DNA from: an uncultured bacterium
Lineage (GTDB): Bacteria > Babelota > Babeliae > Babelales > Babelaceae
Direction: 5' to 3'
Assembly (NCBI GenBank): GCA_963848965.1
Contig: CAWKFG010000004.1
Span: 704,001 to 768,000 of the forward strand
Length of the DNA stretch: 64,000 bases
Positions within the stretch are counted from its first letter, which is position 1; each line of letters starts with the position of its first letter. Below, one piece after another: positions 10,434-17,496 of the stretch. Made by a program: the position numbers and the translations under genes. Under the pieces are notes generated by a model. That model ran no database searches. It was not told the DNA's origin and saw nothing but the letters and a program-made list of their open reading frames with translations.

Positions 10434-10589
10434 TGTGCGAATTAAAAGTTCAACTTACGATCCGCACGATTTATCTTGTGACCACGAATTTGCCTAATTC
10501 AGCTAAAATATAGTTGATCCTTTACTTTTTAACTATTTCTGGGGTACAATTAAATTGTGCGAATTAAAAGTTCAACTTACGATCCGCAC
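10434..10589 (+). promoter_or_regulatory. Two exact 34-bp quasi-palindromic repeats flanking a promoter (putative operators)
   Basis: TGTGCGAATTAAAAGTTCAACTTACGATCCGCAC at 10434-10467 and 10556-10589; TACAAT at 10545-10550; GGAGGT RBS at 10596. Confidence 0.7.
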
Positions 10590-10603
10590 AAATAGGAGGT
10601 GAC

Positions 10604-11791
10604 ATGTTTAAAAGAGATTTGACCAATACACTTATTAATTACGCCCGTTTTCCTGTTGTTGCTCTTCTAGGACCACGCCAATCTGGTAAAACTACTTTAG
10701 TAAAAAATACCTTTAAAAACCATCGTTTTATCACTTTTGAAGATGCAGACGTACGGTCACTTGCACTTACAGATCCTCGTGGATTTTTAAGAATACATGA
10801 AAATGAGTTTGGTATTATTATAGATGAATTTCAGTATGTTCCTCAAATTTTAAGTTATATTCAGCTTGAGGTAGATGAAAAGAAAAGACCTGGATACTTT
10901 ATTTTAACAGGATCACAAAACTTTTTAATGAACCAAGCAATAACACAGTCTCTTGCAGGAAGAGTAGGCATTTTAAATTTATTACCTCTCTCATTACATG
11001 AACTTTCTCAAAATGCTTTACTTCCTGAACTAGCAGATCAAGCTATAGTTAACGGAGGATATCCGCGAATTTATAGTGAAAATATTTCTCCTATCCAACT
11101 ATACCCCTCGTATATTCAATCCTATATTGAACGCGATGTACGACAACTTATTAATGTAGGTAACCTCAATTTGTTTCAGAGATTTATTCAGTTATGTGCA
11201 GGAAGAGTAGGACGCGAGCTTAACTTAACAGTCTTAGGAAACGATTGCGGGATAAGTTACGTAACCGCACGCAGTTGGCTTTCTATCCTTGAAGCAAGTT
11301 ATATTGTATTCTTGCTTCAGCCTCACTATCAAAATTTTAATAAGCGCATTACTAAAACACCTAAACTATATTTTTTCGATACTGGTATAGTATGCTCGCT
11401 TTTACGCATTTATAGCCCAGAAGTATTATCAACTCATCCCTTAAGAGGGAATATCTTCGAATGCTTTATAATTGCAGATCTTTATAAACAATACTGTAAT
11501 AAGGGCCTACGACCTGCCTTATATTTTTGGCAAGACCAAAATGGCAAACACGAAATAGATTGTATTATAGATACTGGCCTGTCTTTAGTCCCTGTAGAAA
11601 TAAAATCTGGCGAAACAGTAAATCCAGACTATTTTAAAGGTCTTAAGTTCTGGAAAGAGCTTACTGGAATTGATTCTTCAAAAGAATTTGTTATCTATGG
11701 GGCAGATCACACATTCCAGCAGAGAAACGTAGGAACTCTCCTAGGATGGAAAGCTGCTGCGACACTTGTGGACTACGTCCAACCGATATAA
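10604..11791 (+). CDS. AAA_14 / DUF4143 family ATP-binding protein
   Basis: GPRQSGKTT, IIDEFQ, LTGSQ, SLAGR, GGYP, YIERD, KTPKLYFFDTG, EIDCI..VEIKSG. Confidence 0.92.
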   Translation: MFKRDLTNTLINYARFPVVALLGPRQSGKTTLVKNTFKNHRFITFEDADVRSLALTDPRGFLRIHENEFGIIIDEFQYVPQILSYIQLEVDEKKRPGYFILTGSQNFLMNQAITQSLAGRVGILNLLPLSLHELSQNALLPELADQAIVNGGYPRIYSENISPIQLYPSYIQSYIERDVRQLINVGNLNLFQRFIQLCAGRVGRELNLTVLGNDCGISYVTARSWLSILEASYIVFLLQPHYQNFNKRITKTPKLYFFDTGIVCSLLRIYSPEVLSTHPLRGNIFECFIIADLYKQYCNKGLRPALYFWQDQNGKHEIDCIIDTGLSLVPVEIKSGETVNPDYFKGLKFWKELTGIDSSKEFVIYGADHTFQQRNVGTLLGWKAAATLVDYVQPI

Positions 11792-11810
11792 GCTTATGGC
11801 AGCCCACTCA

Positions 11811-11859
11811 AAAAGAATTCTATAAGCATCCAGAAAACTATCCAAAAATTAAGAACTTT
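11811..11859 (+). repeat. 49-bp direct repeat, copy 2 (orphan copy of ABC ATPase 3' end)
   Basis: Encodes KEFYKHPENYPKIKNF versus KEFRKHPENYPKIKNF in the intact gene. Confidence 0.85.
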
Positions 11860-12027
11860 AGCACACACAAAATTATCTTGAAGATATATACTACTGCTTT
11901 TAACAAAACATCTTTATTTTCTTGGACAAACCTTTCTTAAGAAGAAAAAGTAGCATATTATAAGGCTTTATTTACCATCAAGGGATTAATAGAGGGGTTA
12001 TTCTATGTAGATAGTTACAATCGTGAC

Positions 12028-12056
12028 TTGACATTATAAAAAGAGCTTGTTAGTCT
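12028..12056 (+). promoter_or_regulatory. Sigma70-type promoter
   Basis: TTGACA (12028-12033), 17-bp spacer, TG-extended TAGTCT (12051-12056). Confidence 0.6.
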
Positions 12057-12062
12057 CATCAT

Positions 12063-12159
12063 CATTAGAGAGCTTAACAATGTCCCTAAACGAACAATAC
12101 ATCCTACGTATTGTTCACCCCCCTAACCCTTCAGCTTATTTAAGTTGAAGGGCTCTTTT
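12063..12159 (+). ncRNA. Candidate ~97-nt small RNA
   Basis: Follows the promoter; hairpin GAACAATAC/GTATTGTTC (12092-12116), C-rich linker, terminator hairpin 12127-12152 then CTCTTTT. Confidence 0.45.
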
Positions 12160-12436
12160 ATTTGAAAGCCACCTTCAGCTCAGTATCCTTTATACTTTTA
12201 AGAGCTACTCCTTTATCAAATATGTTTACTACTTCATAACCAGCAACCTTATCGCCTATACGTACGGTATATTCTTTACCTTCTAAAACTATAAGAGCAC
12301 ATCGCTTATCAGTTCCTTCTAGAGAACATACAGCTTTACATATACAGCTTTCTGCTTGTTGTACTGGTATCTTAAAAGGATCGCGCAGTTCTGCACAACA
12401 CGAAAGTGTTACAAGAAAACAAAGTATTTTAATCAT
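12158..12436 (-). CDS. PilP-like small exported protein
   Basis: Signal peptide, LRDPFK motif, ALI..GKEYTVRIGDKVAGYEVVNI beta domain; start at ATG 12436; downstream of a PilO-like gene. Confidence 0.6.
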   Translation of the reverse strand: MIKILCFLVTLSCCAELRDPFKIPVQQAESCICKAVCSLEGTDKRCALIVLEGKEYTVRIGDKVAGYEVVNIFDKGVALKSIKDTELKVAFK

Positions 12437-12441
12437 AGTTT

Positions 12442-12972
12442 TTACCTTTTTATTAAAAACTTGAGCATGAAGGTACACAGTACGTGAGCCGTATCTGCCC
12501 GAGTCATAGTACATTCGTCACACATAAGGCCATAGGACAACGTAGCAAGCTCTTTAAAAAAATTTATTATGTTCTCGTAGCTGCCTTCTAAAGCACATTC
12601 AAAAGGTGCATAAGTATAGCCAAGCCGAGAGTGCATTTTTTTAGGAATACATGACCTTAATGATAGCGTATGTCGATTCGCACATTCGATAACCTCTGCA
12701 AGCGCCTGGTGTACTTGATGTACAGAAAGGTGCATAATCTTTTGCTGCACATTTTGTGCTTTTTTGTAGAGTACATCCCTTTTGAGATACTGTGCCTTTT
12801 GTGCCTTTAAAAAAGGTATATGAACCCTATAGTACTCTATAGAGCTTTGTGTAGGGCAATAGTACAAAAAGTACCAACTTGTGCTTACAAGAACAACTAT
12901 AAGAGCAGTTCCTGCAAAGCGTAAATACAAAGGGCACCGTACTAAAAAAATAGAAATTTGGTAAAAACTCAT
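12442..12972 (-). CDS. PilO/GspM-like inner membrane protein
   Basis: N-terminal TM with WYFLYYCP, coiled coil, C-terminal LEGSYENIINFFKEL motif of PilO-like proteins. Confidence 0.65.
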   Translation of the reverse strand: MSFYQISIFLVRCPLYLRFAGTALIVVLVSTSWYFLYYCPTQSSIEYYRVHIPFLKAQKAQYLKRDVLYKKAQNVQQKIMHLSVHQVHQALAEVIECANRHTLSLRSCIPKKMHSRLGYTYAPFECALEGSYENIINFFKELATLSYGLMCDECTMTRADTAHVLCTFMLKFLIKR

Positions 12973-13069
12973 ACATTCTCCTCATCAGACCGTTTTTTCA
13001 AACGTACTACGCTGAAGAAAAAATGCAACCATTTTTAAGCGCATGTTACCGATGAAGATAATCAAGAAA

Positions 13070-13094
13070 AAAGGGAACCCAAAAGGTTCCCTTT
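13070..13094 (-). terminator. Intrinsic terminator of M23 peptidase gene
   Basis: AAAGGGAACC-CAAAA-GGTTCCCTTT with a T-run on the minus strand. Confidence 0.7.
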
Positions 13095-13121
13095 AGCTTT
13101 TTGAATAAGGCTGTTCTTACT

Positions 13122-14336
13122 TTAAAAATCTTGTTTTGTCCATTCAAGTGGATCTACTGCTATGTTATGAATACGCATCTCTTCATGTAAATGATATCCT
13201 GTTGCACGCCCTGTTTGTCCTATCGTTCCAAGAGGGTTCCCCTTTTTAATCTTTTGTCCTACTTCAATAGGCGCAAAGCTATCAAGGTGAAAGAAGAGCG
13301 TAAAAATACTGCATCCATGGTCAATAACAACAGTATTACCGCTATGTGCATATCTGTTTTTAATAATGACAACTCCGTCTTGGGGTGCCCATACAACACT
13401 TTTTGGTGTTCCATAAAGATCTACTGCTTTATGTTGCTTAAGACCTGCATATTGTGTTGTACGAATAACACCAAATTCGGTAGTTATCTGCTTTGGACTT
13501 TTGTATTCAATAGGCATACAGAAAGCTCCTTGCCAGAGTTTTTTACAAGGAGATTTTTTAGAAAGCTCTTCAAGCTCTTCTTCAAGCTTTTGCTCAGGAA
13601 GACTATTTTCTTCTTCAGCCTTAATTTTTTCAGGGCTAATCTTTAAGCTCTGTTTTTTAAAAGGGAACATAACGACTTGAAATTTAGTCTCTAACGTCAT
13701 TTTATTACCTACTTTGTCTTCTATCTCAATAGTAAGCAAATACTCATTAGGCAGTTGCTCACAATCAACAGGAATAAAACACTCATAAATGAAAGATTTT
13801 TCTGCTTCAACATAACAAGGATAGGTCTTTGAAAAAACATGCACACAAGCAGATTTTAACTGTTTATTTGCTTGAAATTGTATATGTAAGGTTCTTCCTT
13901 GAAATACTTTAGCATCCACTGCCCCTTTAACAAAAGCTGCTTGTAATGGAACATTATCTACATATAGTAGTATTTCTTGAGCAGTTTTTTCCTTATGGTA
14001 TGTTCCATTTTGAGCTTCAACAGTAAGCGTATGCTTTCCATTAGAAAGCGCCTTTGTAGGAATAGTAAAGGGATGCTCAAACTCCTTTTTACTTATCCTA
14101 AAGTTACTTACCAACGGCTTACCATCAATTGCTATAGAAATAGTGCGTACTTTATAATTGTCCTTCCCTTTCACGCAACAGGGAACATCTCCTGCATAGG
14201 AACCTTCAGGCTCAATCCCTGCTATAAGCAACAAAGGCGCTCCTTGAGAGAAAAAATAAGAATAAATACTCCATCCAGTCCACGCTACAATAAGTGAAAT
14301 CCCTAAAAGTACAAGCATGCGTATTTTTGATGCCAT
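13122..14336 (-). CDS. M23 family metallopeptidase, membrane anchored
   Basis: HKAVD (HxxxD), GNTVVIDHG, GQTGRATGYHLH (HxH), VDP; N-terminal TM. Confidence 0.9.
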   Translation of the reverse strand: MASKIRMLVLLGISLIVAWTGWSIYSYFFSQGAPLLLIAGIEPEGSYAGDVPCCVKGKDNYKVRTISIAIDGKPLVSNFRISKKEFEHPFTIPTKALSNGKHTLTVEAQNGTYHKEKTAQEILLYVDNVPLQAAFVKGAVDAKVFQGRTLHIQFQANKQLKSACVHVFSKTYPCYVEAEKSFIYECFIPVDCEQLPNEYLLTIEIEDKVGNKMTLETKFQVVMFPFKKQSLKISPEKIKAEEENSLPEQKLEEELEELSKKSPCKKLWQGAFCMPIEYKSPKQITTEFGVIRTTQYAGLKQHKAVDLYGTPKSVVWAPQDGVVIIKNRYAHSGNTVVIDHGCSIFTLFFHLDSFAPIEVGQKIKKGNPLGTIGQTGRATGYHLHEEMRIHNIAVDPLEWTKQDF

Positions 14337-14459
14337 AATCCCTCACCCTACATAAAAATAAGACGTTACTACATCTTCTACTATACCCTCTTTTAACGAT
14401 CTCGTAAATGTGCATATCCTTAAAAGAAAGAGATATACCTAGAAATTACCGTACAAAAA

Positions 14460-14620
14460 GTGCCCCCTCCATGTGGCTTCTTAGGTCGGTGCTTAGTGAG
14501 CCTCTTATCCAAAACCCACTTGAGTAGCTTTCTTGATCTTTAGAAAATTGCTACAAGTACTAGCTCATGTCGCTAAGCTATCAGCATAAGCATTTGCATA
14601 ACAGCTCATTAAAAGCATTC
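14460..14620 (+). ncRNA. Candidate rod-shaped structured RNA (6S-like)
   Basis: Long imperfect self-complementarity 14471-14599 with an internal unpaired stretch; G-U pairs favour the + strand. Confidence 0.35.
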
Positions 14621-14709
14621 AATACCTCTGTTTGAGAAGCTTTTGTTATACAAAAGAGCGCTTTTATGCTATAATAAAAGAGCTAAAGAAATAATCGAAA
14701 AGAGCTATT

Positions 14710-15975
14710 ATGAGCGCAGAAATAATAAAAAATATACCAAAATTACCTGGCATATACGTTTTTAAAAATAAGGATAATGGAATCCTTTATATAGGCAAAG
14801 CTAAGTGCCTTTATAAGAGGGTATCATCCTATTTTAGGCGCCAACAAGACGACTGGAAAATACAAGAGCTTATAAAAGAGCATGCAACAATTGAGCATAT
14901 TATTACCAAAAATGAGATTGAAGCTCTTTTACTAGAAGCTCAGCTTATCCGTAGATTCAAGCCTAAATATAACGTTCTACTCAAAAGCGGTAATCCCTTT
15001 TTGTACCTTTTGGTAACAGATGAAGAGATTCCTCAGCTTAAAATAGTACGTATTAAAAGCGAAAAAGGTACTTATTTTGGCCCCTTTTTACATAAGCAGA
15101 AGGCTCGCTCTGTCTATGACTATCTTGTGCGCACCCTTAAATTGCGCCAATGTTCAGTTAAAATAGAGGGCGGCTGCCTTGATTACCATCTAGGCAGATG
15201 TGCTGGTAGCTGTCTTGATACCTTTAATGCTCAAGATTATAAAGTAAAGGTTACTTTAGCAAAAGAGCTTCTAGGCGGAAACTATGAGGCATGTAAACAG
15301 TTACTTCAAGAGCAAATTAAAGAGCATAATAAAAAGCTTGAATTTGAAAAATCACGCAACTTAAGCAAATATCTAGCTGATTTAGAGACTATTTTTGAAG
15401 TTCTCAAGACGGGCTTTCATGAGACAAAATACGCAAAGGATATCTCTGCTCTTACCGTACCGCTTGAATATAAATTTAAAGAACCGTTAAAGGCTCTTGA
15501 AGAGCTCCAAATTCTCTTAAAGCTTGACCGAAAACCAGTTTCTATCGATTGCTTTGACATATCCCACTTTCAAAGCAGTTCACTTGTAGGTTCATGCGTA
15601 CGATTTACCTATGGGATATCAGATCAGGATAAATTTAGAAAGTTCAAGATCAAAACGCTGAGTGAACAGAATGACTATGCAGCATTACGAGAGATTGTTT
15701 CGCGTAGATATCAACGTAATGATTTCCCTGATGTTATCCTTATTGATGGAGGAAAAGGACAACTCAATGCTGTAAAACATCTAGTACCTCATATCCCTTG
15801 TATAAGCCTTGCAAAACGTGAAGAGACTCTCTTTACTCCTCATCATCCAGAAGGCATAAAACTATCTAACAAAAGCAACGTTGGCAAACTTCTCATAGGT
15901 CTACGCGACTACGCCCACCACTTTGCCATTTCTTATCATAAAGCTTTACGCATGAAAGAACTACGGACGCTTTAA
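14710..15975 (+). CDS. uvrC: Excinuclease ABC subunit C (short form)
   Basis: GIY-YIG (PGIYVF..LYIGKAK), EALLLEA..PKYN, Cys cluster, UVR segment, RNase H-like DCFDISH..DGGKGQ..LAKREE..HHFA; no C-terminal HhH. Confidence 0.92.
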   Translation: MSAEIIKNIPKLPGIYVFKNKDNGILYIGKAKCLYKRVSSYFRRQQDDWKIQELIKEHATIEHIITKNEIEALLLEAQLIRRFKPKYNVLLKSGNPFLYLLVTDEEIPQLKIVRIKSEKGTYFGPFLHKQKARSVYDYLVRTLKLRQCSVKIEGGCLDYHLGRCAGSCLDTFNAQDYKVKVTLAKELLGGNYEACKQLLQEQIKEHNKKLEFEKSRNLSKYLADLETIFEVLKTGFHETKYAKDISALTVPLEYKFKEPLKALEELQILLKLDRKPVSIDCFDISHFQSSSLVGSCVRFTYGISDQDKFRKFKIKTLSEQNDYAALREIVSRRYQRNDFPDVILIDGGKGQLNAVKHLVPHIPCISLAKREETLFTPHHPEGIKLSNKSNVGKLLIGLRDYAHHFAISYHKALRMKELRTL

Positions 15976-16052
15976 TCTTTTTGTAAGTATTTAGATTCTA
16001 AAGACCGCTTTTTATCAAGTAATGCCGCATATAAAAGAAAATAGGCTGTTCT

Positions 16053-16160
16053 ATCACCCACAGCATGGTGGATAATCACCCACCACATGGTGGATTTTTT
16101 ACCATTCTATAGATTTTTCACCCGCAATGTGGTAGAATATCAACCAAGATATGGTGGATT
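16053..16160 (+). repeat. 22-bp period iteron-like tandem repeats
   Basis: ATCACCCACAGCATGGTGGATA (16053), ATCACCCACCACATGGTGGATT (16075), degenerate 20-bp unit (16097), TTCACCCGCAATGTGGTAGAAT (16117), ATCAACCAAGATATGGTGGATT (16139). Confidence 0.75.
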
Positions 16161-16176
16161 TTACACCAAGGAGCTT

Positions 16177-17421
16177 ATGTTTTACCGCAATATTCAGCAA
16201 AGACTGGAAAAATCCCTTACTATTCATCCGGTAGTCTTGTTAACAGGAGCACGACAAACGGGTAAAACTACTTTAATGAAAGAAGTTGCTCAAGGAAAAA
16301 ATTATACTTATATTACCTTTGATGATCTTGGCTTTTTAACAACTGCACAAAAGGATCCACAAGGATTTATACAGAGCATACCCAAACCGGTAATTCTTGA
16401 TGAAATACAAAGGGTTCCAGAACTATTTCTTTCTATTAAACAATATGTTGATGAGCATGATATTCCTGGCCAATTTGCCTTAACGGGATCTGCCAATCCA
16501 CTCTTAATTCCTCGTTTAGGAGATTCACTTGCAGGTAGAATGGAGATACTTAAGCTATTTCCGCTTTCACAAGGAGAATTGCATAACACTTTTAACGATT
16601 TTATTAGCTTTGCATTTAGTGACGCTCTCTTTCCTAAAACTTCAGAACTTCAGAAATCAGAGTTATTGAAAAGTGTTATAGTAGGAGGCTACCCCCGTGT
16701 TCAAGGACTTGATGAGGATGGTCGAACATCGTGGTTTAATTCTTATATCGAAGCATTACTTCAACGGGATGTAAAAGATCTCTCTCAACTTACGAGCATT
16801 GGTGAATTTCCTCGTCTTCTTTATATTTTAGCAACACGCACCGGAAACCTTCTTAATACAGCTGATCTTTCACGCTCAACAGGTATACCCACTACAACAT
16901 TGCAGCGCTATCTTTCTCTTTTAGAAGCATTGTTTATTGTTCAATTACAACCATCTTGGAATTCAAATTTAGGAAATAGGTTTATCAAATCACCTAAAAC
17001 ATATCTCATAGATTCTGGATTACTTTCATTCCTTCTTGGCATTAATCTTCAGAGACTAACTGATGATGGAAAGCTTATGGGTGGAATCCTAGAGAATTTT
17101 GTAGTGAATGAGCTCTATAAGCAGGCCACGTGGAGTAAGATGAGAGTTAAACTTTACCATTTTCGTACAACCACAGGAATTGAAGTTGATACTGTACTTG
17201 AAAACGCTAGCGGGTCACTTGTCGGCATTGAAGTAAAAGGAAGTGCTACCATAAACCCAAGCGATTTTAAGGGATTACAGTATCTGCAAGAAATGACTCA
17301 ACAAAAGTTTCACAGGGGAATTGTTCTTTATCTAGGATCTGAAATCATACCATATGGTAAAGGGCTTTTTGCAATTCCTCTTTCATCTCTTTGGAGAACT
17401 GCTTCTGTCAGCACTCTGTAA
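16177..17421 (+). CDS. AAA_14 / DUF4143 family ATP-binding protein
   Basis: GARQTGKTT, ILDEIQ, LTGSA, DSLAGR, GGYP, KSPKTYLIDSG, EVD..IEVK; start at ATG 16177 after AAGGAG. Confidence 0.92.
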   Translation: MFYRNIQQRLEKSLTIHPVVLLTGARQTGKTTLMKEVAQGKNYTYITFDDLGFLTTAQKDPQGFIQSIPKPVILDEIQRVPELFLSIKQYVDEHDIPGQFALTGSANPLLIPRLGDSLAGRMEILKLFPLSQGELHNTFNDFISFAFSDALFPKTSELQKSELLKSVIVGGYPRVQGLDEDGRTSWFNSYIEALLQRDVKDLSQLTSIGEFPRLLYILATRTGNLLNTADLSRSTGIPTTTLQRYLSLLEALFIVQLQPSWNSNLGNRFIKSPKTYLIDSGLLSFLLGINLQRLTDDGKLMGGILENFVVNELYKQATWSKMRVKLYHFRTTTGIEVDTVLENASGSLVGIEVKGSATINPSDFKGLQYLQEMTQQKFHRGIVLYLGSEIIPYGKGLFAIPLSSLWRTASVSTL

Positions 17422-17463
17422 CTTTCTTTACTCTCAAGCATATAAGCACCAGTATAAGAGACA

Positions 17464-17491
17464 AGAAGGCTTTCCGAATGGAAAGCCTTCT
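17464..17491. terminator. Bidirectional intrinsic terminator
   Basis: AGAAGGCTTTCC-GAAT-GGAAAGCCTTCT between convergent genes. Confidence 0.75.
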
Positions 17492-17496
17492 ACTTT

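Noticed and set aside
10434..10589. CRISPR array from the 34-bp palindromic repeat
   Set aside because: Only two copies, an 88-bp spacer containing a promoter, and no cas genes.
11746..11940. 64-aa ORF containing KHPENYPKIKNF
   Set aside because: Arises from the duplicated ABC ATPase 3' end; it overlaps the DUF4143 gene and has no credible start.
14500..14520. SAM-I riboswitch suggested by CTCTTATCC
   Set aside because: The downstream conserved elements (GAGGGA..GCCC, GCAACC, GTGC.AA) are absent.
16053..16160. CRISPR array from the 22-bp repeats
   Set aside because: Units are contiguous and degenerate, with no unique spacers.
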